From Thermoanaerobaculia bacterium (GTDB lineage Bacteria; Acidobacteriota; Thermoanaerobaculia; UBA5066), in assembly GCA_963719225.1 (NCBI GenBank), contig CAVRAY010000001.1, forward strand, positions 160,001-224,000: a stretch of 64,000 bases of DNA, given 5' to 3'. Both the position numbers and the translations under genes were made by a program. Numbering within the stretch: position 1 is the first letter of the stretch; every line of letters starts with the position of its first letter. Shown piece after piece: positions 1 through 9,945 of this stretch. The notes under the pieces are model-generated. The model did no database searches and was not told the origin of the DNA. It was given only the letters and a program-made list of their open reading frames with translations.

Positions 1-621
1 CTGATCGCGACCTCGCTCGATCATTCGGCCGCGGCGCTCGCGGCCATCCTCGACCGGAATCCAGAGGGGCTCGTCTTCGACATCGCGAGCGTCAAGGCTC
101 CGCTCCTTCCCCTCTTTTCGCGCGCGCTCGAAGCCGGCGTCGCGATCGCCTCGGCGCACCCTATGTTCGGTCCGGGCGCGCGCCTCTCGGGTCGCGACTT
201 TCTCGTCCTCGATGCCGGCGACAGGCTTGCCGCGCGCCGCGTGGCGCGCCTCTTCGCCGACGAGGGCCTCAAGATCCGGACGATGCCCGCCGCCGAGCAC
301 GACCGCTGGGTCGGGCGCACGATGGGCTTCGCGCACCTCGTCGCGCTCGTCTCGGCATTCTCGCTCGCCGAGCTCGGCATCTCGCGCGCCGACGTGGACG
401 GCCGCGCCTCGACGACGTTCCGCCATCTCCTCGCGCTCATCGGGTCCATCCTCGACCAGGATCCGGCGCTGACGCGCGCGATCCAGGCGGAGAATCCCGA
501 GGCGTGCTCCGTGATCGCGTCTTTCGCAGAGCAGGCCGATGCTCTCCGGCATCTTCTCTTCGAGGGCGATGGATCACGGCTGGAGGCGAGGCTCGCCGCC
601 GTCCGCACGGCCCTGCGATGA
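1..621 (+). CDS. tyrA: prephenate dehydrogenase (5'-truncated by window edge)
   Basis: Frame open from base 1: ...VFDIASVK...SAHPMFGP...AEHDR...AH, typical TyrA motifs. Confidence 0.85.
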   Translation: MIATSLDHSAAALAAILDRNPEGLVFDIASVKAPLLPLFSRALEAGVAIASAHPMFGPGARLSGRDFLVLDAGDRLAARRVARLFADEGLKIRTMPAAEHDRWVGRTMGFAHLVALVSAFSLAELGISRADVDGRASTTFRHLLALIGSILDQDPALTRAIQAENPEACSVIASFAEQADALRHLLFEGDGSRLEARLAAVRTALR

Positions 622-1004
622 GCCCGGGGTTCCGCCGCGCGGCAGCTCTCCTCGTGGCCTCCGCGGCGCTCGTGGTCCTGGCGGCACGCGCGATCGACTC
701 CGCCACTCCCCTGAACGCTTCGCTCTCGGTGGCGAAGAAGTTCTGGCGCGCCGGCTCGACGACCCGGCTGTTGAACTCGCGACCGTTCCGGCGCGATCCG
801 GAGCTCGGCGCCGCCCTCCTTTCCCGTGACCGACTCCTTCCGCTCGGCGCCGACGTCGTCCTCACGGTGCCGGCGTCCCTCCCGGAAGACGCCGCAGAGG
901 AGATGCGGCGGAAAGCGGCCTTCGTCCTCGCACCGCGGCGGGTGACGCTCGCCCGTGGCGAGACGCGCCCTCAGGGGTTTGCGCTGGCCCCGGGCCGGCC
1001 GTGA
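618..1004 (+). CDS. hypothetical membrane-anchored protein
   Basis: ATG at 618 overlaps the tyrA stop (ATGA); hydrophobic N-terminus AAALLVASAALVVLAA. Confidence 0.6.
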   Translation: MSPGFRRAAALLVASAALVVLAARAIDSATPLNASLSVAKKFWRAGSTTRLLNSRPFRRDPELGAALLSRDRLLPLGADVVLTVPASLPEDAAEEMRRKAAFVLAPRRVTLARGETRPQGFALAPGRP

Positions 1005-1008
1005 CGCC

Positions 1009-2100
1009 GTGAAAGGCGCCGCGTCCCGTCTCCTTCTCGCCGGAGCGAGCCTCCTCTTCGGGATCGGCATCCTCACGGCGGCCCTCGTCGCAATGCGCGA
1101 GCCCTTCGGGCTGAACGATTACACGGCGATCTGGGGGCTGAAGGCGCGGGCGCTCTACCGGTCTGGATCTCTCGCGTCGCTGTTCCGCGTGGACCCCGAC
1201 GGCGCGTTCTCGCACCCGGAGTACCCGCCTCTCTGGCCGCTTCTCCTCACGGTCACGACGCGGGCGCGCCTGCCGTACGACGATCTCGGCGCGACGCCGA
1301 TGTGGCCGCTTCTCGCTCTGGCGGCCTCGCTTCTCGCCGTCCACGCCGCGCGGTCGCTGCGTGTCGCGTGGCCTTTCGCGCTCCTCGCGGGCGCGGCAGT
1401 CTCGCTCCTCCCATACTGGAGGCGTTACCCGGGCTACGCAGAGGGACTGCTCCTCGTCTTCGTCCTTGCCGCTGCCGGCGAAGCCGCGCGCGCGGGTTGC
1501 GATCGGGGCGCGACGATTCGGCTGTCGGTGTTCCTGACGCTCGCGGCCTGGACGAAACCGGAAGGACTCGTCGCGGCCCTTGCGGCAGCGGCCGTCCTCG
1601 TCCTCGCGAGGCGCAAGCGGGCGGCCCTTCTCGTCGCGCTCTCGGCCGTTCTGTTCGCGGCGGCCCCCTGGACGCTCGCCGTCTCGCGCCTCGCCCCGAC
1701 GACACCGCGCACGGATTTCGCGCTCTCCTCGTTCTCGGTCGCGAGTCTCGCCGGTGCCCTTGGAGCGCTCGCGTCGGAGGTGGCGCCGCACGCGGGCTGG
1801 ATCGCGGCGGCGGCCGTACTTCTCGCGCTCGCGCCCGAAACGCGGCGCGCGCGGCGGCCGGTCTTCGCGTGGTGCGGCCTCTATGCCGCGGTGCTCGTCG
1901 GCTCCTTCGCGTTCACGCGGCTCGCGCCCGCGTGGCACGTGCACTGGTCGTGGGACCGCCTCGTCCTCGTTCCGGTCGCCGTTATTCTTCCGGTGCTCGC
2001 CGAGGCCCTCGCGGAATGTGTGCAGGGGAAAAACATGCCCGGGCTTCTCTCAGCATCTCCGCCCGCGTCCCCTCGGGAGGCTCCTGTCCCAGAGCCCTGA
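1009..2100 (+). CDS. polytopic membrane protein, GT-C glycosyltransferase-like
   Basis: Many hydrophobic segments; HPEYPPLWP and WTKPEG motifs; GTG start at 1009 inferred. Confidence 0.6.
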   Translation: MKGAASRLLLAGASLLFGIGILTAALVAMREPFGLNDYTAIWGLKARALYRSGSLASLFRVDPDGAFSHPEYPPLWPLLLTVTTRARLPYDDLGATPMWPLLALAASLLAVHAARSLRVAWPFALLAGAAVSLLPYWRRYPGYAEGLLLVFVLAAAGEAARAGCDRGATIRLSVFLTLAAWTKPEGLVAALAAAAVLVLARRKRAALLVALSAVLFAAAPWTLAVSRLAPTTPRTDFALSSFSVASLAGALGALASEVAPHAGWIAAAAVLLALAPETRRARRPVFAWCGLYAAVLVGSFAFTRLAPAWHVHWSWDRLVLVPVAVILPVLAEALAECVQGKNMPGLLSASPPASPREAPVPEP

Positions 2101-2890
2101 GGGCGAATGCGAGCGTCGCCCTGAGGCGCGCCTCGCCGAGCGTCTCGATCGGGAGCGCGCCGTCTCTCTTGCCGAGCTTCCTTCCGTCATGGCCGAGGAC
2201 GAGAGGAAGATGCGCGTACGCCGGCGTGGGGAGGTGGAGAGCTCGCTGAAGGGCGAGCTGCCGCGCCGTCGAACCGAGGAGGTCCGCGCCACGCACGACC
2301 TGCGTCACGCCTTGAGCGGCGTCGTCCACGACGACCGCGAGCTGGTATGCGAAAGGGCCGTCGGCGCGCTTCACGACGAAGTCGCCGACGGAGACCCGGA
2401 GGTTTTCGGAGACTGGACCGAAGAGAAGATCTTCGAAAGTGAAGATCCCGGGCGGAACGCGGAAGCGGAAGGCGCGGGCGGCGCGGCCGGGCGGAAGTCC
2501 CGAGCGGCACCTGCCGGGATAGACGGCGCGTTCTCCCGGCGCGGGCGCCGAGGCCGCGCGAAGGAGGTCGGCGCGTGAACAAGCACAGGCGTAGACCATT
2601 TCCCTTCTAAGAAGATCTTCAAATGCCCTGTCATAGAGCGCGAGCCGGTTGGATTGGAAGACAACCTCCCCATCCCACGTCAACCCGTACCGCTCGAGAG
2701 TCCGCAGGATGTCGTCGGCGGCGCCGGGCACGACGCGCGGCGTGTCGAGATCCTCCATGCGCACGAGCCAGCGCCCGCCCGCGGCGCGCGCGAACAGCCA
2801 GGAGCCCAGGGCGGCAACGAGGCTGCCGAGATGCAGAGGGCCGGTGGGGGAGGGCGCGAATCGCCCGGTGACGCCGCTGGATTCCCTCAC
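1982..2890 (-). CDS. gluQ: tRNA glutamyl-Q(34) synthetase GluQRS
   Basis: GRFAPSPTGPLHLGS (HIGH-like), CACSR..Y..C Zn site, KLGKR, ~300 aa with no anticodon-binding domain. Confidence 0.9.
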   Translation of the reverse strand: MRESSGVTGRFAPSPTGPLHLGSLVAALGSWLFARAAGGRWLVRMEDLDTPRVVPGAADDILRTLERYGLTWDGEVVFQSNRLALYDRAFEDLLRREMVYACACSRADLLRAASAPAPGERAVYPGRCRSGLPPGRAARAFRFRVPPGIFTFEDLLFGPVSENLRVSVGDFVVKRADGPFAYQLAVVVDDAAQGVTQVVRGADLLGSTARQLALQRALHLPTPAYAHLPLVLGHDGRKLGKRDGALPIETLGEARLRATLAFALRALGQEPPEGTRAEMLREARACFSPAHIPRGPRRAPEE

Positions 2891-2922
2891 GGAGCGAGGT
2901 TAACTCGCGAAAGGTCAGCCGC

Positions 2923-2951
2923 TTGACGCGGCTTCGCCCGTTCCTTACGAT
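2923..2951 (+). promoter_or_regulatory. sigma70-type promoter of tRNA-Asn
   Basis: TTGACG (2923-2928), 17 bp spacer, TACGAT (2946-2951). Confidence 0.7.
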
Positions 2952-3015
2952 CCACCGCTCTCTCGTGCTCTTCTGCGCAGCCGCGCGTGCGCCGAGGAGC
3001 GGTGGTCTTTCACAT

Positions 3016-3090
<75 letters not shown>

Positions 3091-3134
3091 GACTTCTTCC
3101 CCGCGAAATTCAGTGAGGTTCGCGGTTAACAGAT

Positions 3135-3162
3135 ACCCCGCGAGATCCCTCGCGGGGTTTCG
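3135..3162 (+). terminator. probable intrinsic terminator after tRNA
   Basis: ACCCCGCGAG-atcc-CTCGCGGGGT hairpin followed by a short T tract. Confidence 0.6.
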
Positions 3163-3402
3163 TGTCTAAAGGGCGTGTGGTCAAAAGGGTTTACGACGGA
3201 GCGTCCGAGAGCCCGGTTCTCCGCCACGAAAACACAGAACGGCATGCCGCGCTAGAGAGGAGGGAATCGTCGCCAAAGCCGCTCTCTGTCGTCCCGAAAT
3301 GTCGAGAGCGGCTGAGAGCGGTTAACAGGTAGGACGGGGCGAGGCTCCGCTGGTTAACAGGGTCGACTGTAGGCGTCGGCGCGTGCGGTGGGCGTAGGCA
3401 GT

Positions 3403-3717
3403 TCAGACGGCCACGATGCCTGCCGCGGCAAGGACTTCGGGTCTCAGTTCTTCGAATCGCCGACCCTCTCCCACGAGATCCTTGAGAGAGGCTAGAGATA
3501 TCGCCGCACGCTCCGCGTAGCGTTCCTCGAGTCTGCGTGTTGAAACGGCGAAGAACCGCCACTGCTCGAGTTTAAATGGGTCAATCGAGGATTTCTCAGT
3601 GGAGTCAGGAGGGCGAACACATACACCTGAGCGTGTCGAACCGGCTCTGACGCCAGGGTATTTGTCTCGGGATCCCAGGCCCGGGTCGGCTTAATCGAGA
3701 ACGAGACGAGCGAGGGG
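3403..3717 (-). pseudogene. 3' remnant of a putative PD-(D/E)XK nuclease-like gene, frameshifted
   Basis: Manual translation: [15 protein letters not shown]...RHAQVYVFALL, frameshift near 3605, then TEKSSIDPFKLEQWRFFAVSTRRL...GIVAV*; 5' part missing. Confidence 0.5.
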
Positions 3718-3987
3718 CTCCGTGACGACGTATGGCCTGTCCTCGTGGCGCCCGACATCGTGGATCGTCAGGATGTTGGGATGATTCAGCGCGCCGACGG
3801 CTCGCGCTTCCCTCTCGAAACGGTTCAGGCTTGCTGGGTCCGTCGCCACGGACTCGGGCAGGACCTTGACCGCGACGTCCCTCGCGAGTCGCGTGTCCTT
3901 CGCCCGGTAGACTTCTCCCATTCCGCCCGCGCCGAGCTGCGCGAGGATCTCGTAGGGGCCGAGACGGGTGCCCGGGCCGAGCGTCAT
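3691..3987 (-). pseudogene. truncated Ser/Thr protein kinase (N-lobe only)
   Basis: [19 protein letters not shown]; breaks after YVVTE, no HRD or DFG. Confidence 0.85.
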
Positions 3988-4092
3988 GAAAGTCGACGAG
4001 ATTCTATCCGTGGGGGAGGGACTGTCTCACCGGCCGCCCGTCCTGCCAGTTCTAGGACTCCGGGAGCGGGGGCACCCACGAGTGGGGTGGCA
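3988..4092 (-). repeat. conserved kinase leader, copy 1
   Basis: Closely similar to 6861-6959 and 14077-14175. Confidence 0.9.
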
Positions 4093-4183
4093 CCCTTCAG
4101 CCTGACCTGTCGCGAGCCCCGCAACAGCTTCCATCCGAAGAAGATCGAGTCCTGAGATCATTTGAAGTTCTCAGATTCTCACG

Positions 4184-4225
4184 TGCGGAGCCATTCTTCC
4201 CCGCGAACTCGAGAATGAGTTCGCG
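4184..4225 (+). repeat. att-like copy of tRNA-Asn 3' end plus CGCGAA..TTCGCG inverted repeat
   Basis: TGCGGAGCCA identical to tRNA 3081-3090, followed by TTCTTCCCCGCGAA as at 3094-3107. Confidence 0.8.
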
Positions 4226-4238
4226 AAATCGGCCGGGA

Positions 4239-6860
4239 TCACTTCGCACCGGCCACCAGCTTCTGGAACCTCGGGTTCTTACGTAGCGGTTCAAAGGTGG
4301 GGTCGACACGGAGCCAGCCGGGGGTGAGGTAGAAGGGGGCCTTCAGCAGGGGTTCGAGCAGGTCGAGAGCTTTCTCTTGGTTGCCACAGAGGATATGGAT
4401 CCGGACGAGCTCAAGTTGAATGTACCGTAGGTCTCTGGGAGAGTTCTTTGCGATGGCCCTTAGCGCGACCGCCCTCTCTCCTTCGCGCACCGCCTCCCCT
4501 CTTTTCCCCAAGTAAGCCAGCGAGAGTGCCAGCTGGAGTCGGCGACCGACGTCATCCGGAGCCTGCTTTATTCGCGCCGCGAGGAGTTTTCTCGCCTCTT
4601 CGGCGTACTCAGTCACTCGTGCGGTGTCGATGGTCCTCGACCAAGCCTGTGCTAGGGTCATTCCCCATTCCACCCGGTCGTCATCGAACGCGGCAGGGGT
4701 CAGGCGACAAAGTGTGGCGTGTTGCTCGTCGTCCAGCAGCCAGTCCAGAGACCCGAACCAGGCGGCTAAAGTCGTTGGCGCGACGTCTTTAGGTACCGCG
4801 GCGACTACCGCCCGCGCCCCAGCGACGTCGCCCTCCTGGATGTAAGTCCGTGCTTTGGCCTCGACTAAATCGCCGTGCTTCGGGTCAATTGCAAGGCCCC
4901 GGTTGCAGACTACCCGTGCCTCGGCTCCACGGCGCAGGGCAATCAACCTGTCTGCCATGTCTCGCTGAATCAGCGTCGAACGGGGGTCGAGTGTTTCCCC
5001 TCTGTAAAGGAGCTCAAGTGCCTTGTCGGGGTCTTGCTCAAACCAAGACGACACCGAGAGCAGTTCCGCGTTCCGCGGGGATGTCTCCAGCGCTTGAGAG
5101 AGAAGATCGTGCGCCCGGGCGACATCTTTCTTGATTCGCGCGTAATAGAGTGCGAGGGCGAGCTTGGACTCCGGGAGACCAGGAGCCAACTCGACGGCGC
5201 GCTCAGCGGCGACTCTCGCTTCTTCGGCTTCGTGTGCCGAGGGCTCCATGGTCGCGAAGATCCAGGAGTGATGCAGGGAAAGGGTTGCCCACGCTAGAGC
5301 GAAGCGGGGATCGAGGGCCACCGCCTTTTCGTCAAACGTCACCGCGGCCCTGCGGCCGTACCCGGTCCGGGTGCTTTCTTTTCCCTTAAGGTAGGCGTCA
5401 TAGGCCGCGAGGTTCGATGTCGGGCGTGCTTCGAGGAGGCTGCGCTCTATCCCGGTCAGGACCACCTCCAGCGACTCCGCCACCTTCGTTGCGATCTCGC
5501 CCTGAACGCGGAACACATCCGACAGATCCGCGTCGAAGGCTTCTTGCCAGCGAGCCGTCGGCGCACCTCCACTTCCCACCTCCACGAGCTCCGGCGTGAC
5601 ACGGATGCGGCTCGCCTGTCCCGCCCTCTGCCGCTGCACCTTGGCCATTAGAAGGTAACCGACCCCAAGCTCCTTGGCGATCTGTTCAGGCGGCTTTGTG
5701 GTCGCTCGGTACTGGTTCGCGCTTGCGCTCGCAGTGACAGCGAGGCCGTGTAACCCCGTAAGCTTGCTGCGCACTTCGTCCGTCATTCCATCCGCAAAGT
5801 AGCCGTCTTCCGCTACCCCCTGGTTCTCGAAGGGAAGTACAGCGACACGCTTTATGCCCCCAGCCCCGCTCCTGTGAAAGACGGGCCAAAGAAAAATGCC
5901 AGTGACAGCCAGTGCGACCAAGAGAAGCGCTGCGCCCGTCAGCGATCTTCGGTGCCGATGGAGCCAGACTCCCGTTGGCGACATTGGAGTCACGGGTAGT
6001 GCGCTCGAAACCTCCGGGAGCGCTTCGAGCGCGAAGACGACGTCGCGAGCGGAATGGAACCGGCTGACCGTCTCCTTCTCGAGGCAGTGCCGGACGACTT
6101 TCTCAAGCGCCGCCGGGACGCCTCGGTTGGTCTCGGTGAGGTCCGGCGGCTCCTCGCGCAGGATCGCCGTCATGATCTCGGCGGGCGTGTCGCGCAGGAA
6201 GGGCCGTTTTCCCGACAGCATCTCGTAGAGGACAACGCCGAGCGAGAAGAGATCCGACCGCGCGTCGACGGGCTGGCCGCGGACCTGCTCGGGCGACATA
6301 TAGGCGACGGTGCCGATGGCGGTGCCGGGCTGCGTGGCCGTTGCCGTGAGCGTCGCGGTGTCGACGCCGGCGGCCTCGGTGGACGGAAGCAGTTTAGCGA
6401 TACCGAAGTCGAGGATCTTGACGCGCCCGTCCTTCGTCACGAAGACGTTCTCAGGCTTGATATCGCGGTGGACGATCCCCTTCTCGTGCGCAGCGGCGAG
6501 GCCGTGCGCGATCTGGATGGTGTAGTCGACCGCTTTCTTCGGCGACAGGGGAGCGTCGAGCTTTTCTCGGAGCGATTCGCCCTGCAGAAGCTCCGAGACG
6601 ATGAAGGGAATGTCTCCGTATGTGCCTACGTCGTGGACGACGAGGATGTTGGGGTGGTCGAGGTGGGCGGCGGCGCGAGCCTCCTTCTCGAAGCGCGACA
6701 GGCGGTCGGGGTCGGTGGCTAGGAGGGGTTTGACGACCTTGAGAGCGACGTCTCGCCCGAGCCTCGAGTCCCGCGCCCGGTAGACCTCGCCCATCCCGCC
6801 CGCGCCGAGTTGCGCGAGGATCTCGTAGGGGCCGAGACGGGTGCCCGGGGAGAGTGTCAT
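4239..6860 (-). CDS. membrane Ser/Thr kinase with TolB-N-like (VAVLPFEN) and TPR domains
   Basis: Complete kinase motifs ([23 protein letters not shown]), TM segment, [12 protein letters not shown]-like helices. Confidence 0.92.
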   Translation of the reverse strand: MTLSPGTRLGPYEILAQLGAGGMGEVYRARDSRLGRDVALKVVKPLLATDPDRLSRFEKEARAAAHLDHPNILVVHDVGTYGDIPFIVSELLQGESLREKLDAPLSPKKAVDYTIQIAHGLAAAHEKGIVHRDIKPENVFVTKDGRVKILDFGIAKLLPSTEAAGVDTATLTATATQPGTAIGTVAYMSPEQVRGQPVDARSDLFSLGVVLYEMLSGKRPFLRDTPAEIMTAILREEPPDLTETNRGVPAALEKVVRHCLEKETVSRFHSARDVVFALEALPEVSSALPVTPMSPTGVWLHRHRRSLTGAALLLVALAVTGIFLWPVFHRSGAGGIKRVAVLPFENQGVAEDGYFADGMTDEVRSKLTGLHGLAVTASASANQYRATTKPPEQIAKELGVGYLLMAKVQRQRAGQASRIRVTPELVEVGSGGAPTARWQEAFDADLSDVFRVQGEIATKVAESLEVVLTGIERSLLEARPTSNLAAYDAYLKGKESTRTGYGRRAAVTFDEKAVALDPRFALAWATLSLHHSWIFATMEPSAHEAEEARVAAERAVELAPGLPESKLALALYYARIKKDVARAHDLLSQALETSPRNAELLSVSSWFEQDPDKALELLYRGETLDPRSTLIQRDMADRLIALRRGAEARVVCNRGLAIDPKHGDLVEAKARTYIQEGDVAGARAVVAAVPKDVAPTTLAAWFGSLDWLLDDEQHATLCRLTPAAFDDDRVEWGMTLAQAWSRTIDTARVTEYAEEARKLLAARIKQAPDDVGRRLQLALSLAYLGKRGEAVREGERAVALRAIAKNSPRDLRYIQLELVRIHILCGNQEKALDLLEPLLKAPFYLTPGWLRVDPTFEPLRKNPRFQKLVAGAK

Positions 6861-6959
6861 GAAGGTCGACGAGATTCTATCCGTGGGGGGACTGTCTCAC
6901 CGGCCGCCTGTCCTGCGAACTCTAGATTTCCGGGAGCGGCACGCACGAGTGGGGTGGCA
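6861..6959 (-). repeat. conserved kinase leader, copy 2
   Basis: GAAGGTCGACGAGATTCTATCCGTGG...GTCTCACCGGCCGCCTGTCCTGC...CGGGAGCGGCAC...GAGTGGGGTGGCA. Confidence 0.9.
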
Positions 6960-7192
6960 GTTTCAAGGAGGCTCCAACGCACCCGGAGCAACCCGTTCAT
7001 GCGCGAGCAGTTCTAGTCTGAGAACGGGTTGAATGTTCTTCGTTCGGCCTGAGAACGCAGTTCGTGTAGCCGTTCGACTGCCGAGCCATTCGAATGGCTC
7101 AGCGCGTCGGGAGGCCCTCGCTCTCGGCGCGCTGATTCTTTCAAAGACCTCCGGCGCCGCGGGCCTTCCGTGGAACGAGAGGCGAAGGTGGG

Positions 7193-7310
7193 ATGGCGGC
7201 CGAGAAACTTGCCCTGCGGCATCAACTCGGCATCCTCCCTCGCTCGAGGCCCGCCCGACTTCATCTAACTTCGTGGGACGAGCCCTCTGGACATTTGTTC
7301 TTCAACGCTC
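7193..7310 (+). pseudogene. N-terminal remnant of an rve-integrase-core (IS3/IS481-like) transposase
   Basis: MAAEKLALRHQLGILPRSRPARLHLTSWD, frameshift, RALWTFVLQR; matches the ENLALRHQL..L.R...L...DR.LW N-terminus of such transposases. Confidence 0.6.
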
Positions 7311-9920
7311 TTCCTCGGACGACACCCTGACGAGCTCCGTGAGGTCCCGCTCGGGAATCCGCACTTTCGACTCCATCAGCTGCACCTGATAGGGCGATGC
7401 CACCGACAGCAGATAGGAGAGGGTCAGGATGCGGGTGGGCTCGTCCCACGTCGTGAAGCGCTCCAGGATGAAGGCGCCGTACGGCCAACCCGGTTTGTCC
7501 TCCCCGTCGGGCTGATGCGGAGGGACGTTCGGATTGATCTCGTCCTGACCGGGCTCGTGCATGTAACGGCCGTAGGCGGGACACGGGTCGAACAGCGTGA
7601 TCTCGTCGGACCACGCGACCAGGTCCCGGCTGACGCGGATGACCACGGGCGCCCGGAATTGCCCGGTCACGTCCCAGGCCGTCGAATAGAGGACGATCCA
7701 GTATCCGGGCTCCTCGAGCCACGCCGCGGAAACGTGCGTGTACTGGTTCGGGTTTTTCTGCAGACGGAAGACGCTCGAATCGGGGCTGCCGTCCGGCGTC
7801 TCGAGCCACTTCCTCTGGCCCGCGTGGTAGTACCTCGTGGCGTCGAAGGCAGGCCGGGAGCCGTGGCTCAAGGACATCCAGGCCAGGCGGAACAAGTTGC
7901 CGTCGAAACCGATCATGACGAGTCCCGGTCCCGCGTCGGAGGGCAGGACCGGGTGGCTGGCGTTGTCGACGACGCAGGGCGCGAGCCATTGAAACCAGTT
8001 CCGCTGGTCGGCCCGGACCATGCCATGGCATCGCATGCAGAACCGCCATCCGCCCCGGGCGTCCTCGCCCGGATTGTGGCTCAGGCCGAAGTCGAACCCC
8101 ATTGCGAAGTGTCCGCCCCGATCCACCGGGCAGAGTCCCTTGTCGGCGGAGCCGTTGAAGAAGAGGGCGGCGCACTTGACGCAGAAGCGCCAGCTCGTCT
8201 GGAGGTCGAAGGAGTCCTGCTGGTCGTGGGGCAGGGAAAAGACGTAGCCGGCCGCCGCGTGGACCCCACCGTCTCTGGGGCACCGGCCCTTGTCCGAGGA
8301 TCCGTTGAAGAACAGCCCCCCGCACTTGCCGCAGCAGCGCCACTCCGACTGGCTCCCGGAGACGTCCCCCGCGTCGTGCGCGAGAACGAAGTCGTACCCC
8401 ATCGCCGCGTGTCCGAGCCCGTCTCTCGAGCAGACTCCCTTGTTGTCGACGTCGTAGAAGAGCCCCGAGCACTTGCCGCAGAAGCGCCAGTGCGCCTGGT
8501 GCGTCGGGTCCTCTTCGATAGAGCCGTGCGGCGCATGGAGGTTGGCGCCGACCGCAAAGTGTCTGCCGCCGTCGGGACAGAAACCCGATGGATCCCCGTT
8601 CCAGAACAGGACGAGGCATTTTCCGCACTGCCGCCAGTTTGCCTGGCTCTGCGCCTCGTCCCCGCCCGGGCCCTCCGCGAGCGAATAGTCGGCGGTGTCC
8701 GACGGATCCGCTTCGTGGGCGCCCACCCGCTGGCAGACGCCCTTGAAAGCCGGATCGCCGTTCCAGAACAGCGCTTCGCACTTCCGACAGTTGCGCCATC
8801 CGGACTTGCGGCCGGGCGTGGAAGCGGGCAGATCGTGCTGCAGAACGAACCGGAGCCCGCGGATATCGTGAGAGAGAAACGCGGTCCGGCGAAGGTTCGC
8901 CGCGCACCAGCCGAGCTTCGGGCTGAACAGGAACTCGGTCTCGTAGGGCCCCAGGACGGACGGGTCCGCCTTGCTGAACAGGTACTGACCGAGAGCGGGG
9001 TCGCCGTCGCGCCGGAAGTGAGAGTAGGGCACGCCCGCGATGCCCGCGAAGACATAGGCCCGCCCGTCGAAGCTGAAGGCGCCGTTCGGCGTCTCGAGGC
9101 GGCGCGTCGCTCCGATCGGATCGGCGGCGAAGAACGGCTCGAAGTGGCCATCTCTCCGCACGACGGGATGCAGGTGGAACCCTCCGCCCGAGGCGCCCGC
9201 GCAGACTCCCTTGACGACGTCGCCGTTCCAGAACAGCGCGGCGCAGTTTCCGCAGAAGCGCCAGTCCGATTGCGCGCCCGCGTCGGGATTTCCCCCGGGA
9301 GGCGCGACGGGCAGCACGAACCGGTTGCCCGCGTGCACGTGGGTCATGCCCGCCGGGCAGACTCCCTTGAATCCGGAGTCGCCGTCCCAGAAGAGCGAGG
9401 CGCACTTTCCGCAGAAACGCCAGTCGGGCTGGCCGGCGACGCTCGTCGGCTCGAACGGAAGCACGAACTTCGCTCCGAGGCCGAACGTGTCGTGTTTGCC
9501 CTCCCTGGAGCAGGCGCCCTTGAAGCCGGGGTCGCCGTTCCAGAAGAGCACGCCGCACTTGAGGCAGAACTGCCAGTCGTGTTGTCCCGAAGCACCCGTC
9601 GGCTCGAACGGCAGGACGAAGATCCACCCCTTCGGCAGGTGGCCGCCGTGCCGGAGCACGCGACTCTCATCGGTCCATGCCACGAGATCCGAGTTCTCGA
9701 TGTCCTGCGACCCCTGGTTCGTCGCGACGTCTCCGAAGAAGATGTAGGTGCGGTCGCCGTGCTGCGTGGTGGCGCCGAGGTCCACGCCGAGGACGCCGTA
9801 GGGGCCCGTGTCGTTCAGCAGGGGCCAGAGCTCCGGGTCGACGAGGTCCGGCCACTTCTCGCCGGTCGTGCCCGTGAGCTGGCCGATTCGAATCGTGCTG
9901 AGGACCTGAATGAAGGCCAT
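7302..9920 (-). CDS. DUF4185-like propeller protein interrupted by CxxC..C..H repeats
   Basis: GVDLG..HGDRTYIFFGD at the N-terminus, GWPYGAFI..YLLS..PYQVQLM at the C-terminus; 8 full and 1 partial W(R/Q)xCxxC..LF..G.C..H repeats. Confidence 0.75.
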   Translation of the reverse strand: MAFIQVLSTIRIGQLTGTTGEKWPDLVDPELWPLLNDTGPYGVLGVDLGATTQHGDRTYIFFGDVATNQGSQDIENSDLVAWTDESRVLRHGGHLPKGWIFVLPFEPTGASGQHDWQFCLKCGVLFWNGDPGFKGACSREGKHDTFGLGAKFVLPFEPTSVAGQPDWRFCGKCASLFWDGDSGFKGVCPAGMTHVHAGNRFVLPVAPPGGNPDAGAQSDWRFCGNCAALFWNGDVVKGVCAGASGGGFHLHPVVRRDGHFEPFFAADPIGATRRLETPNGAFSFDGRAYVFAGIAGVPYSHFRRDGDPALGQYLFSKADPSVLGPYETEFLFSPKLGWCAANLRRTAFLSHDIRGLRFVLQHDLPASTPGRKSGWRNCRKCEALFWNGDPAFKGVCQRVGAHEADPSDTADYSLAEGPGGDEAQSQANWRQCGKCLVLFWNGDPSGFCPDGGRHFAVGANLHAPHGSIEEDPTHQAHWRFCGKCSGLFYDVDNKGVCSRDGLGHAAMGYDFVLAHDAGDVSGSQSEWRCCGKCGGLFFNGSSDKGRCPRDGGVHAAAGYVFSLPHDQQDSFDLQTSWRFCVKCAALFFNGSADKGLCPVDRGGHFAMGFDFGLSHNPGEDARGGWRFCMRCHGMVRADQRNWFQWLAPCVVDNASHPVLPSDAGPGLVMIGFDGNLFRLAWMSLSHGSRPAFDATRYYHAGQRKWLETPDGSPDSSVFRLQKNPNQYTHVSAAWLEEPGYWIVLYSTAWDVTGQFRAPVVIRVSRDLVAWSDEITLFDPCPAYGRYMHEPGQDEINPNVPPHQPDGEDKPGWPYGAFILERFTTWDEPTRILTLSYLLSVASPYQVQLMESKVRIPERDLTELVRVSSEEER

Positions 9921-9945
9921 GGCTTTTTCTATCGCGACCTGGAAA

